Assembly: GCA_043228905.1 (NCBI GenBank)
Contig: JBHGNT010000013.1
Coordinates: 2,914,001-2,978,000, forward strand
Source of the DNA: Azolla caroliniana
Taxonomy: Eukaryota > Plantae > Polypodiophyta
Direction of reading: 5' to 3'
DNA length: 64,000 bases
Shown here: piece by piece, positions 24,109 through 38,100 of the stretch
How positions within the stretch are numbered: the stretch's first letter is position 1
How the letters are laid out: each line of letters starts with the position of its first letter
Made by a program: the position numbers and the translations under genes
The notes under the pieces: model-generated
The model's database searches: none
Seen by the model: the letters and a program-made list of their open reading frames with translations, nothing else
What the model was told of the DNA's origin: nothing

Positions 24109-24699
24109 GATGATGACACAAATTTCCACATGGATTTCATTACTGGCCTTGCTAATCTGCGAGCAAGGAACTATGGTATCCCTGAGGTTGACAAGCTAAA
24201 AGCTAAATTTATTGCTGGCCGAATCATTCCTGCCATCGCAACCACCACAGCCTTGGCAACTGGCCTTGTATGCTTGGAGCTTTATAAGGTTCTCTTAGGT
24301 CACCAAGTGGAGAAATATCGTAACACTTTTGCTAATCTAGCATTGCCACTTTTCTCCATGGCGGAGCCTGTACCACCAAAGATTATCAAGCACAAGGAAA
24401 TATCTTGGTCTGTCTGGGATCGTTGGGTGATACCAGAGAACGTAACTCTTAATGAGTTGCTTAAATGGTTTCAAGATAAGGGTTTGACGGCGTATAGTAT
24501 ATCTTGTGGGCAGAGTTTGCTTTACAACAGTCTTTTCCCAAAGCATAGAGAAAGGTTAGACAGGAAAATGTTGGATGTTGCAAAAGAGATTGCGAAGCTT
24601 GAGATATTGCCGACCCGCCGCCACTTTGATATTGTTGTTGCATGTGAAGATGATAATGGAGACGATGTCGATGTGCCTCTTGTTTCTATTTGCTTCTGA
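24109..24699 (+). CDS. UBA1: UBA1 coding exon 6 (UFD domain, stop)
   Basis: TGCAG| [11 protein letters not shown]...[13 protein letters not shown]...VPLVSICF*; exons sum to 3180 nt = 1059 aa plus stop. Confidence 0.96.
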   Translation, partial: DDDTNFHMDFITGLANLRARNYGIPEVDKLKAKFIAGRIIPAIATTTALATGLVCLELYKVLLGHQVEKYRNTFANLALPLFSMAEPVPPKIIKHKEISWSVWDRWVIPENVTLNELLKWFQDKGLTAYSISCGQSLLYNSLFPKHRERLDRKMLDVAKEIAKLEILPTRRHFDIVVACEDDNGDDVDVPLVSICF

Positions 24700-27600
24700 G
24701 TGCTGAAGGTTTGTGCTGCTTCAAATTGTGATTATGTTTCATGTATTCAATAAGCTTACCCATAGATGTCGAAAAGAGCAAATATTGTAACGAGATTGTT
24801 CTCATTCTTGATTCTAATGCTCCCATCTTAACCTTACGGTGACCGTCTATTTATATGCTAAACTCTCTGTTTTACTCACTTTTCCTCAATACTTATATCT
24901 CAACCACTACTTTAGTAGCTTTTACAATTCGGATATAATTGTGTTTTAAGGTTAAATTGGAAATTAAGATTAGCCAACTTTGAAATCTTTTGGCATTTCT
25001 AGAAATTTCCTGATACAAGCAGACTCTAGAATTAGGTTTCTTGAGTAGGGGTTTTTGCGTATGAGCCTAGTTTTGGTCAATGGAAGTCGCAAGTCCCATA
25101 CTATGCATGTCCTTGTAAATAATCAGTAATGTAATCAAGTTGTTTGTGAGGTCTCAAAAGCACCATCATAATATTGATTTAGCAAAGCTAAATATTTAAT
25201 GGCTCTGGAATGTTTGAATCGGTTAAAAGGCCTTTGTGAGAACATAGACAGTGATTAAATAGACTTTATAGAAAATATAGACATTGATTAAATAGACTTT
25301 ATGATGCTTCAAGAATGAAAAGGATCCCTATGGAGGCAGCTTAATGAGCAACTAATATCTATTATAGCTGGACGATAATACCCTGGCATGTGTACTTATA
25401 TAAATGGTCTTTTGGTGTGTCTGTAAAGGGAGAGGCTGTTTGTAGAATTTAGAAAAGCATGTTTTATCGACCCTTTGTGTGAGAAGATCTTGCGCTATTT
25501 CTTAAAATAATTAAGTAGGTTTTATGACAGCTCAAGAATGAGAAGGAACACTATTGAAGAGGCCCAATGTGTGTATATTCAAGGTTGAAAGGCAAGATAG
25601 TGACATGCCATGCACACGTATATAAGTTGCTTCATGACACCTTTCTAAAAGTAGAGAAATTGAAATATGAAAATGAATCACTACAGGTCTTTGTCTCATA
25701 AGATTTTGAGTGTTTCTTTGTACTTTTGCCAGTCTTCTCTCCTATTCTCTTTTATTCTTGATACTACATAGGTTGTGCACAAGAGGTGGCGAATATATCA
25801 ACTTAGAGTGGAAACATTTAGTGTAGGTTGTTTCATTTGAGTTGCCTTATCCTCCAAGGCAAGACACTAAGAGTAGAAAGAAGTGCCTTTGGCTAGTGTG
25901 GTTGTAGTATAATGTGCATGTGTTCGTAAGTGGTTTGTGGATGTTACAGAGAATGGGATAGTCATCAACAATACAAGTTAGTATTGATGGCGAAAGAAAC
26001 AAATTTCTGTTGAGGGGGAGCAAGATGGAGATGATGAGATCGAAAAAAAGAAGGTGAGGTTGCATGGGAGGATGGAGAAAGGAGAGTGAAAGAGAAAAAG
26101 AAATGGATTGAGAATAAACTAGGAGAGAATGACAAGTAAAATGAGAAAAAGAAAAGTTGTGAAAAAGGGAAAAAGAAAAAAGCGAAAAATAAAAATGAAA
26201 GAAACAATGGAAAATAAATAAATAAATAAAGGACTACCAAGGTCAAATTGAATTCAAACAAGGAATGCAACCAAGCCATGAAAATGGAAAAACTTTGTGG
26301 TGAACTTAACTTTGCCTTGTGAATGTGGAGTTGATAGTTTTACTTGGACAATGGTGGTTCTTGTTGATGTCTTGGATTTAATAGACAAAATAGAATTATA
26401 TTTGGGTTGGGACTTGGGTTTGACTATTTTGGATGGATACACATTTTATGATCCATGTTGGAATCATTTTTATATTTGAGTTGCTAGCTTGCTAGGATGT
26501 GTCTATTTTTAAACTGTGTTACATTGACAAAGTGACATGAGGGAAGTAGATTCCACTCCATTAGACCTTATTGACCAACTAATATAGAGGTAAGAGTATT
26601 CATGACTTTCAAATGAAAAAGTAGTTACATTTGGCCTTGCATGCAAATCCATCCTCGTGCATGTATAGTTTGTGTGGAAGGTATAACGTTTTGCACTTGT
26701 TGAGGTGCACTCTTGGTTATTGTTGGATGTTTTTCTGTTTGGTTCAACTAATGCCATTTTTATCACAAGTGGGATATTAGCTATAAAGTAATCTATAGTT
26801 TAGCTATCTACTTCTAATTGATATTTATAGAACAAGGGTTATGATGAAAAGCGGATATTGTCCCTAAAGCATGTGAAACCGTGACCTTATTATAAACATG
26901 TCAAAGCCTTACTATTCGGATAATCATTATAATACTTATAATAAGATATTTCACTAAATGTTGAAACTTTCTGGAATAATCTATTATTTGAGAATATTCT
27001 CCAATTCGATTCAATGCCAATCTTACGCCGCGAACCTATTCCTATCTTTTGTACTCTTACTTTTATTATAATATATTTTCAGTTTACCATATTCTCTCTT
27101 TGTCATGATCTTGATAGTTTGAACAAATTTTTCATCTTCTTATCTATCATTCCTCTAGAATTGACTTTTGTTAGCGCACAAGAATATAAATCCGTCCTTT
27201 CGAAGCTTCAATCCTTGAACGGAAAGTTCATGGCACTAGAAAAAGTAAATCAATGCCTATTAGGTGGTCTTCAAAAAATTGCCATAGACAAGCAACAACA
27301 TGAGGAATTGACATCACGAGCATGTTGAGATGCAATCTCAACATGGGTTGGATCGGCCAAACAAGATGAGAGGTGGATCTAATGAAGACCGATCAACTAG
27401 GCCTAGATCGGATCGGAAAGCTGGATCGGACCGAAGAGCTGGATCCATGAGAGCAAGTAGGTTGTTAGAGGCCTACGATTCTAGCCTAGTAGATAGGCCT
27501 ATTTTTAGGAGTTAGTATCAATCGCTCAGTTATGAGCACTGAAGTACATGTCAATACTTCTGTCGGTCCTTTTAAGGACTTGTATAAAAGTGCTCTCTTA

Positions 27601-29967
27601 GCACATTGTATATACATAGAGTGTTATTTTTTAATTGAGTTTTTAGTGTTCTGCTCTCTCTTTCTCTCCTGAGTTCTTTGCGTGTTATCTGAGTTTCCAT
27701 TAAACCTTCATTTATTTTCTGTTGCTATCCGAGTGTAACCGGTTGTCTTTTAGCGTCCTCACGCTATTCTTTTCATGGTATTAGAGCATGAGGGTTGAGA
27801 ATTCTTTGTTGCCGACAAGTGCTCAGACAACTAAAACCTAACACCCGGTAAACAACATAAAAAGAAGGAAAAAAATGGACAAAAACATGGCAAACTCGCT
27901 TCGAATGGAAAAGCTCGACAAGGGCAACTATGCATCTTGGTCTTACAAGATGCACCAATATCTTCTCGAACACAGATACTAGAGTTATGTGGAAGGAGTG
28001 AACGAAGTAGCGCCGGATTCGACACACAAGGATTTCCCAGCATGGGAACAAGGAGTGAGCAGAGTTCTCCACTGCCTTGTATCCTGTGTGCATGACCAGA
28101 TGTTGGGCTACATTCGGGACGCGAAGACGTTGAGGGAGGCTTGGGAGAATCTAAAAAATATTTTCGCCGTAAGTACCATGACCCGAAAGTTGCAGCTCCG
28201 ACAAGAGCTCAACAATATCTAACAGAAGGATATGATGGTGACCTACTACACTGAAATAAAGGAGATTTGTGATGCCTTGGGGTCCATCAATGTGACTATG
28301 GACAAAGATGAGATGGTACAGATCTGCCTCGGTGGTCTAGCACTGAGGTATGGGCCGATTCGGGCGATTATTTGCACACGGGAGAAACCACCATCATTTT
28401 TCAACCCGCAATCGATGCTTTTGGTCGAAGAAAACCACGCGAGTGCATCAAGGAGCCGGCAATGAGACAACCGGATTTTGTACACAGAGGCGGGTCAACC
28501 CCGTAGTCATGGAGGATGAGGTGGATCGGCACGCAACGTAGGTGACCGACAAGAGCAAGAAAGAAGGCACAGAGGAGGTGCCGATAGCAGTTCCAGATCC
28601 TCCACAAGCAGAGGGAGTCAAGGTGGTGCCGGAAATCGGCAAGTAAAGGCCAAAACAGAATGCTGGTACTGTGGCCGAAAAGGTCACCGGGAGAGCGAGT
28701 GCTAGAAGAAGCATGCCTATTTAGAAAAATCTAGATCGGGGAAAGACGAACACGGAAATCGACAACGATCACACTACACTAAGGGATTGGAAGGATCCGG
28801 AATTGGAAAGGGGCCAACCTTCGTGATGAAACACAAGGCAAATTCAATGAAGAAGACCGCCTCAAAATTGAATAAGGTGTGGTACGTTGACTTTGGAGCA
28901 TCAAACCATATGACGAGCCATGATGAGTGGTTCTCATACTTAGAGAAACCGGGAGTTGTTGAAACTGGTGACGATACTCTGCACCTGATCGAACATGTCA
29001 GCCATGTCCCCCACATCCATGTCGGGGAGACTCATGAACGTGTTGCACATCCTGACAATAACGAAAAACTTGGTATCAGTTGGATAGATCGTCTACCAAG
29101 GGATTGTTGGGAGCGCCTCATCTGATGGAGAACAAGATCAACACTCTTCTAGGAGAAGATCGAGAATGGATGCAAGATCATAACTTCGATGGCAACATAG
29201 ACAGAAAAACAGGAATGCAACTAGTGCGTTAGAGAGAGAGAAACAGTTAGGCACAACTCAGAATATATTGCAATAGCCACAAAGAACAACCACATAACTA
29301 GGTTACAAAGTTAGTTTATATACTGATTGACTTAGGGAAACTAACCTTCTCACTATTTATATAAATAGCCTAAACCTAGTGTGTACAAAGGAGACGGTGT
29401 GAATATGTCCATTAGAAACCCATATTCAATACTCCCCCATAATCATGGGCGTATACATCTGAAAGATGTAAACCGAAATGAATGTACAATACAGATTGAT
29501 ACAAGGTTTCCGAATAATCGAGAATTCGTTTAAGTCGGTGAACTCCGAAGAGCTGAAGGCTGCATTGGTTGAGTTCGGAGAGACTGAAGCCGAAGTTCGA
29601 ACTATCCAGGTCTATTGTCCGAGAAACATCCCGTGTGTCCTATTTAATCCAACTGATTCTTTATTACACCCATTTGATGCCGAAGGGATCGAAAACGATC
29701 TGCCAAGAGACACTTGGTCAATGTGTCTACAACATTATCGGCTGTGGGTACCTTCTCAAGGTCGATTTTCCATGAAATGATGCAGTCTAGAACAAAAAGA
29801 TATCGAACATCGATATGCTTGGAGGCGTTGTGATGAACCAGATTATTTGATAGAGCAAAAACACCCTGACTGTCATTGTAAACAATTGGAGCCAAGCCGA
29901 TTTTGGCTTGTTGAAATGTGCAGGTCAGCCAACCGAGTCATAAGGCCTCTTTTGCCGCATCAGATGC

Positions 29968-32900
29968 TGTTGGGATTACGGTCCCTCCGGATGGGATGGT
30001 CGGATGTCCGGGAATCGGGAATGAAGACCCGGTTCCGGAGCCGGATGATGAAGACCCGGTTCCGGATCCGGATGATGAAGACCCCGGCTACGGAGCCGGA
30101 TGATGAAGACCCCGGCTACAGAGCCGGATGACGAATGTACCCGGAGAGAGATCCGGATGCGGGGACATATTTGTGAATATGTTTGCCAAGGCCCCTTGAG
30201 GCTATATTTGTAAATAGCCCGAAAGTCATATGTGTATAAATATGACCTAGGGCAAATAGTTTTGTAGTTGTTGCTCATTTTTCTGTTTTCCACTTAGAGA
30301 GAGTGAGAGAGAGAGAGAGAGAAAGGAATAGGTCGACGCCTTTGTGTAATACCGCCGCCTGTGGCGAGGACAGCGAGCTCAAGGTCGTCGCCTTGCAGCT
30401 CGCCATTGTACATTCCCTGCGTATAGTGATAGTTGGAGTCTTGCACTCCCGTGGTTTTTCCCGTCTAGGGTTTTCCACGCTAAACCCTGTGCATTCGAGT
30501 CTCTCTCTGTGTTTTCGATTTACTGCTGCATTGATTCGTGTTTCCTCGGTTGTGGCCGAGAGGTGAAGGTTTTGGAAAGCGTCAATTCCTAACAATCTGG
30601 TATCAGAGCGACTGCAGTGCAGAAAATGGAAGGCGGCAGCAGCGGGCAGCTGGGGATGATGGTGCTGAATGCGCAGAACTACGCCGACTGGAAGATAAAG
30701 ATGGAGGATCTGCTCATTGTTCGGGACCTGTATGAACCGATCGACAGGTCGGAAATACCCAAGGGGGTACTTGAGACGGAATGGAGGCTTCTGAACCGGA
30801 AAGCCGTTGCAACCATTCGGCAATACGTCGACGTGAGCGTTCTACAACATGAGGCGAACGACACCAACGCATATGAGATGTGGCAGAAGCTGTCGGGCCT
30901 CTACGAGAGGAAGAATGCGTTGAACCGGACCTCCCTGATGAGGAAGATAGTGAACCTCAAGTACCGGGACGGCGAGAGTATGGTGGAACACGTAAGCACG
31001 TTCATGGGATTCGTGAACCAGCTTGCGGCGATCAAGTTCCCGTTGGAGGATGCAATGCAAGCCATCATGCTGATGTGTACATTGCTGGAAAGCTGGGAGA
31101 ACTTGGTGGTGACTCTCAGCACCTCCTGCACCGAAGATAACTTGTCCCTACAAACGGTAAAGACAAGCATTTTGAACGAAGAAGCGCGTCGGAGAGATAA
31201 AGAACCGGCCTCCGATCCGAAGATGCTGCTTACCGAATCGGATCGGGGAAGACAACGGAACCGGAGTCCGCAAAGACGGGAGAAGTCGGGGACCCGGTCG
31301 CAGTCAAGAGGAAGGCCCACATGCTTCCACTGTGGGAAGCCGGGGCACTTCCGAAAGAATTGTCGGCATTACCGAAAAGACAACGGAGCCGACGACACCG
31401 ATTCGAAGAAGTCTTCGGAACGGAACGGTGCTTACCGGGGAGCCACGGACCGGAACGGTTCGGATCGGCGAGGGCAGGACCGGAAAGGAACGACGGCACT
31501 CGCGGCAAGTGAAGAGGAGATCATGCTCATCACCGAAGAAGGTGAACTAAACATTGCCGGCGATGAGACTACCTGGGTAGTCGATTCCGGAGCGTCGTTC
31601 CACCTGGCCCCGGAAAGAAGATACTTCTCATCCTACACAGCCGGTGAGCATGGCTGTGTTCGGATGGGAAATGAAGGTACGTGCCGGATTGCCGGCATAG
31701 GAGACGTGTGGTTGACAACCTCGACCGGATGCAAAATGTTGCTGAAGGATGTCCGACACGTTCCGGAGGTTCGATTGAACCTGATTTCGGCCGGGAGGCT
31801 AAACGATGAAGGCTACACAGGTAGCATTCGGAACTGCGTAATGAAGTTCAGCAAGGGGAGCCTGATAGTGGCTCGGGCTCGGAAAGTCAACACACTATAC
31901 CTTATGAATGCCTGGTTGTGTCCGGAGGAGTTGAACGTGGCAGCCGACACTGCCGGTGAGCTGTGGCACAAGAGACTGTGCCACATGAGTGAGAAGGGGA
32001 TGAAGAGGCTTGCAGAAGACAACCTTATTCCAGTGAAGCATGTGCACCTGGAGAAGTGCACCGATTGCCTGGCCGGTAAGCAGAACCGAACCTCCTTCCA
32101 CTCAAGGCCACCGACGAGACGTAGCGCACCATTGGAGTTGGTGCACACTGACGTGTGTCAAGTAGAAACGAAGTCACATGGCGGAGCCCAGTACTTCGTG
32201 ACATTCATTGATGACCACAGCCGGAAGCTGTGGACGGCACCGTTGAAGACAAAGGACCAAGTGTTGTGTCTTCAAAGAACTCCACGCGAGAGTGGAAAGG
32301 GAATCCGGCAAGAAGCTGAAAGCGATACGAGCGGATAACGGAGGGGAATACCGGGGGCAGTTCGGGGAGTACTGTCGCTCGAAGGGAATCCGGCTCGAGT
32401 TTACTGTGCCGAAGACGCCGAAACTGAACGGGCTGGCCGAGAGGATGAACCGGACCATAATGGAGAGGGTCCGGAGTATGCTGGCGCATGCGAAATTACC
32501 CAAGGGGTTTTGGGCTGAGGCAATGTCGACGGCGACATACGTGATAAACAGATCACCCTCAGTACCTTTGGACGGAGACACGCCGCAGAGAGTGTGGACC
32601 GGTAGGGAAGTATCCTACCGGCATCTGAAGGTGTTCGGGTGTCTCGCATATGTGCATGTGGCAAAGGACCGGAGAGGAAAGCTAGATCCAAAGACCCGGC
32701 CATGCATATTCCTCGGTTACGGCGATGACGTGTTCGGCTACCGAGTATGGGACCTGGTCGACAAAAAGATATTCCGGAGTCGTGATATCATCTTCATGGA
32801 GGACAAGACACTCGCCGACTGGGAGTCGGAGAAGAAGATGAAGAGCTCCAAGTCGACCGGTGAGGATCAACTCTACGAGGAGCAGTCCCGACCGGCAAGG

Positions 32901-35140
32901 GACCGGTTAGCACTCGAGGATCCGGCCGAAGACGGTGAAGAAACAGAACCGGCCGAGGAAGATGAAACTGATACCGGAACCGGCCCCGATCCCGGAATGG
33001 ATTCGGATGAAGAGGAAATGGAAGAGCCGGTTACCGAAGCTCCGGAACGGAGATATCCTCTAAGAGAGAGAAGGGCCCCCCGGAGATTTCCGGAACCAGA
33101 GCACGTGCTGCTAACCGACGAGGGGGAGCCGGAGAGTTTTGAAGAAGCAAAGCTTGACACCCATAGCCGCAGGTGGTTAAGTGCCATGCAGGAGGAGATG
33201 GATTCCCTGCATGAGAACCACACATATGAACTTGTGGAGTTGCCGAAAGGAAAGCGGGCACTTCGAAACAAGTGGGTGTTCAAGCTGAAACCGGGAGATG
33301 CCGGAAACCCCCCGAGATACAAAGCCAGGATCGTGGTGAAGGGGTACCAGCAGAAGAAGGGCGTCGACTTCGACGAGATATTTGCCCCGGTAGTGAAGAT
33401 GACCTCCATCCGGACGGTGCTGAGCATAGCGGCAAGCATGGACCTCGAGGTACCACAAAACGCAGTCCGATCACTGTGTGTTTGTGAAGAAGTTCGAAGG
33501 AGGAGACTTTCTAATACTCCTCCTGTACGTGGACGACATGTTGATCGTCGGACGGGACCAGGTCAAGATACGGATGCTGAAGAAAGCGCTTCACCGAACC
33601 TTCTCAATGAAGGACCTGGGTCCGGAGAGGCAAATACTAGGGATGCACATCATCCGGGACCGGAAGAAGAAGCAGTTGTGGCTGTCACAGGAGAAGTACG
33701 TGACAAAGGTGCTTCACCGGTTCAACATGTCGGAAGCAAGACCGGTCGGGTCAACCCTCCCGGCAAACTGCAAGTTGTCCAGCAAGCAAAGCCCCAAGAC
33801 AAAGGCTGAGAAGGAGGACATGATGAAAGTACCATATGCCTCTGCCGTCGGAAGCTTGATGTACGCAATGGTGTGTACAAGACCGGACATAGGATATGCA
33901 GTCGGAATGGTGAGCCGGTACATGAGCAATCCCGGCAAAGAACACTGGAACGCGGCCAAGTGGATACTCCGATACCTGAAGGGCACGGCAAACGTGTGCC
34001 TCCGATTCGGCTCCGGTAAGCCCGAACTCGACGGCTTTACCGATTCGGATATGTCGGCTGATGCAGATACCAGCCGGTCCACATCAGGGTATGTGATGAC
34101 GTATGCAGGGGGAGCTGTTTCGTGGCAGTCGAGGCTGCAGAAGACGGTTGCACTGTCAACCACGGAGGCGGAGTACATGGCGGCTGTTGAAGCCGGCAAG
34201 GAAATGATATGGATGAAGGACTTCATTAGAGAGCTCGGTATCCGGCAGGAGGAGTACCGACTCTACTGCGACAGTCAGAGTGCCATCCACCTTGCGAAGA
34301 ACGCGGCCTATCACTCCCGGACGAAGCACATCCAGCGAAGATATCACTGGATCCGGGAAAGGATAGAAGACCAGGAGTTCGTGCTGACGAAGATCCACAC
34401 TGACGAGAACGGGTCAGATATGCTGACCAAAGTGCTCACACCCGACAAGCTGGAAGCGTGCCGGAAGAGGGTCGGACTGGAAAGACATCCCATGCCGAAG
34501 TGAAGGGGGAGTTTGTTGGGATTACGGTCCCTCCGGATGGGATGGTCGGATGTCCGGGAATCGGGAATGAAGACCCGGTTCCGGAGCCGGATGATGAAGA
34601 CCCGGTTCCGGATCCGGATGATGAAGACCCCGGCTACGGAGCCGGATGATGAAGACCCCGGCTACAGAGCCGGATGACGAATGTACCCGGAGAGAGATCC
34701 GGATGCGGGGACATATTTGTGAATATGTTTGCCAAGGCCCCTTGAGGCTATATTTGTAAATAGCCCGAAAGTCATATGTGTATAAATATGACCTAGGGCA
34801 AACAGTTTTGTAGTTGTTGCTCATTTTTCTGTTTTCCACTTAGAGAGAGTGAGAGAGAGAGAGAGAGAAAGGAAGAGGTCGACGCCTCTGTGTAATACCA
34901 CCGCCTGTGGCGAGGACAGCGAGCTCAAGGTCGTCGCCTTGCAGCTCGCCATTGTACATTCCCTGCGTATAGTGATAGTTGGAGTCTTGCACTCCCGTGG
35001 TTTTTCCCGTCTAGGGTTTTCCACGCTAAACCCTGTGCATTCGAGTCTCTCTCTGTGTTTTCGATTTACTGCTGCATTGATTCGTGTTTCCTCGGTTGTG
35101 GCCGAGAGGTGAAGGTTTTGGAAAGCGTCAATTCCTAACA
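29968..35140 (+). mobile_element. Young copia C3 nested in C2; 627-bp LTRs 29968-30594 and 34514-35140
   Basis: Perfect TSD GATGC; about 4 LTR mismatches seen by eye; PBS TGGTATCAGAGC at 30598; PPT GAAGGGGGAG. Confidence 0.97.
30627..34503 (+). pseudogene. C3 gag-pol: one frameshift (~32265) and an RT deletion (~33450)
   Basis: CFHCGKPGHFRKNC, WVVDSGASFH, LWHKRLCH, FIDDHSR, RADNGGEY, YVDD, RTKHI; the DVKTAFLHG...YGLKQ block is missing after MDLEV. Confidence 0.92.
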
Positions 35141-38100
35141 GATGCGGCTACCTATTCGGCCTTGGTCATTGATGTCGTGGTGCACTCTTGAAGTTTTGAT
35201 TTCCATGAGATCGCTCCATTGCCAAGTTTAAAACAATATCCGGTTGTCGATTTACGACTGTCTACGTTACCTGCAAAGTCCGGGTCGGTGTATCCGACTA
35301 CGCCTGAGATGTCGTTCGGGCTGAATAGAATACTAAGGTCTGTTGTGCCCACCAGATATCTAACCACATGCTTGATTGCGTTCTAATGCGATCGGCCAGG
35401 ATTGTGCATAAATCTGCTCATGAATCCAACGACATGAGCGATGCAGGTCGTGTTGCGACCATCGCGTACATCAGGGAGCATACTGCCAGTGCATACGGTA
35501 CCGACTTCATAATTTCACCTTTCGGACCGGATGCCGCACAGTCTCGCTGAGACAGGCGAGTACTACTGGGGAGTGGGGTTGAAGCAGATTTTGCCGATTG
35601 CATGTTGAAGCGTTCCAAGACACGTCCAATGTAGTCGGATTGAGATAAAAACAATTGTCTTCGATTCATGCCAAGAATGTGTTGAGCGGGACCAAGGTCC
35701 TTCTTGGCAAACTTCAACCGCAGTTGCTGAACAAGTTTGGCGAGTTCTCTGGCATGGTGACCTGAGATGAGCATGTCGTCCACATAGATGATGAGGAAGA
35801 TGGGTTATCCATCTTGAGTTGTTTTCGTGAAGAGACATCGGTTCTCATCACTCTGTGAGAAGCTGATCGATTGGATTAAGTCATCGAACTTCTTGTACCA
35901 CTGTTGTGGTGCCTGTTTCAGGCCGTAAAGACTCTTCCTGAATCGGCAGACTACATGTTCTTGACCGGATACCACGAAGCCTTTCGGCTGCTCCATATAA
36001 ATTTCCTCCTCAAGATCACCATGGAGGAAAGCCATTTTTACATCTAACTGAATCAGCTCCAAATTCTTGGCTGCCACTACGCCGAGCATAAAGTGAAGGG
36101 TTGTCATTTTCACCACTGGTGAAAAGATTTCGTCGAAGTCGACGCTGTATTCCTGTCGAAAACCCTTGGCTACTAATTTGGCCTTGAATTTCGGGGTGGC
36201 CAAAGCGAACGTCTCCTTAACTCGATAGAACCACTTACACGGAAGAGCACATCGATTCTTCGGTAATTCGACCAAGTCCCAAGTGTTGTTTGCACGAATG
36301 GAGTTCATTTCGGACTCCATTGCCAAATGCCAGGTGGCCGAGTCGGCTGATGCCAATGCTTCTTCGTATGACGTCGGTTCTCCGACGTCTGTAAAGAAGA
36401 TACCAAGAGAGTATCTCTCTGGGGGTTGCGACAGTCTCATGGTCAGATGGTCCAAAGCCGAGTCATTTGGCTGTGCCGGTCGGTGTTAGAGGGTGTAGCT
36501 ATCCGTGAAATTGATCGCGTGTTGTGAGCTGGGCCTTCGTGAAGGGTTGGCACATCGGAAAAAATTACCCTTCGGACTTCGATCGATTTTTCGACCAATT
36601 GATGCATGGATGACTCATTGAACACGACGTCTGAACTTCGGGCGATTTGTCTGTGTTCAAGGTCCCAGAGTCCGTATTCCATTTCGCCATCTGGTCCATA
36701 ATTGAGAAGAATACATTTCCTGGACCTTGGTTCAAGTTTGTAGCGATCATCTTTCGGGATGAGGGCATACGCCTCACATCCGAAAATCCTTAGCTTGTCG
36801 TAATTCGGCTTACTGCCGGTCCATAATTCCTGAGGGATCCGAAGTCCTAGAGGCCTACTCGGTGACATATTGATTATGTGTATTGTCGTAAGTAGGGCCT
36901 CTACCCAGAAGCCATCCGACAGTTCAAAGTGTTGGAGCATGGAAACTATCCTTTCTTGAATTGTCTGATTCATCCGCTCAACAATTCCATTCTGCTCCGG
37001 ACTATGGGGTGCCGTAAATTCATGTCTTATGCCGTGTTGTCGGAAAAATTTGACGAATTCCTCTGATTTGAACTCTCCCCTGTTATCGGTCCGAAAACAT
37101 TTCAGTTTTCGGCTGGACTGATTCTCCACCATAGTGAGCCAATCGGAGAAGATCGAGAACACTCGATCTTTTATTTTGATCGGATAAGCCCACACCTTAC
37201 GAGTCGAGTCGTCAATGAATTTGACGAAATACAAAGCACCGCCGAGAGACTGATGTGGCATAGGACCACAAACGTCCAAATGGACCAAATCAAGCAGACT
37301 GGATTCTCTCGGGGTGGATGACGGGTGTGTCGCGGCTGTCTGTTTGCCGTATTGGCAATGCTCCTAGAATTGATAATCCGAGAAGGAGAGTTTGGGGATG
37401 TATCCGGCTCTAGATAAGTGCGCAATGCCGGTCTTGCTGAGGTGTTCGAGTCATCCATGCAATAGTGATGACATTGGGATGTCAACCAGAAATAGGTCAC
37501 CCTCTCTGAGTCTGAGTGTGACATGCAAAGGATACAATGAATGTATCTTCGGTCCTCGAGCAAGCAGGAGGTTCCCCCTGTGGAGCGTCCACCCTCCTGA
37601 TGAGAAGCCAACACAGATGTCGTCTTCATCCCATTGTCTGACTGAGATAACTGGTCTTGAGAGCTCAGGTACATGTCGAACATTGCGTAGTACTAATGTA
37701 GAGCCACCCTAAGGTTGAGCTCTATCGTGCCGATTCCAATTATGTCATAGTGTTGCGAATTTCCTACTCGAATTGAGTCGGAATGTGGGGCTGTGTATTG
37801 CTGGAATTGGGATCGATGAGGAGTCACATGAAAGGACGCACCCGAATCTAAGAGACATGTGCTCAATTCTTCAGTCGTAAGCAAAACTTCTGATTCGACT
37901 GGGTTCTCAATTGATAGTATGTTCGGATCATTTGTCAATACTTTGGTTGAAGAACCCACATAGTTGATCTCCTTGCACCGGCCACTCTTCTGATCGGCTC
38001 ACTGAGCATTATCGTTTTTGGCCTTGAGTGCACAACAATCGGCTTTGATGTGTCCGGGTTTCTTACATTAATTGTACACTCGATTATCCTAGGACTTGCT

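Noticed and set aside
6850-24699. ULP1 protease plus E1 enzyme as a functional ubiquitin/SUMO cluster
   Set aside because: The ULP1 is a broken transposon-borne fragment and UBA1 is an ordinary host gene; adjacency is probably chance
25840-26800. Short ORFs downstream of UBA1
   Set aside because: Low-complexity A/G-rich or decayed repeat sequence; no domain recognised
27520-27550. GCTCAGTTATGAGC D-arm-like motif in C1 LTRs
   Set aside because: No B-box at suitable spacing, so not counted as a tRNA-like module
29995-30135. Regularly spaced repeats in the C3 LTR (also 660-1230 and 14009-14220) as a CRISPR-like array
   Set aside because: Head-to-tail repeats with no unique spacers, no cas genes, eukaryotic context
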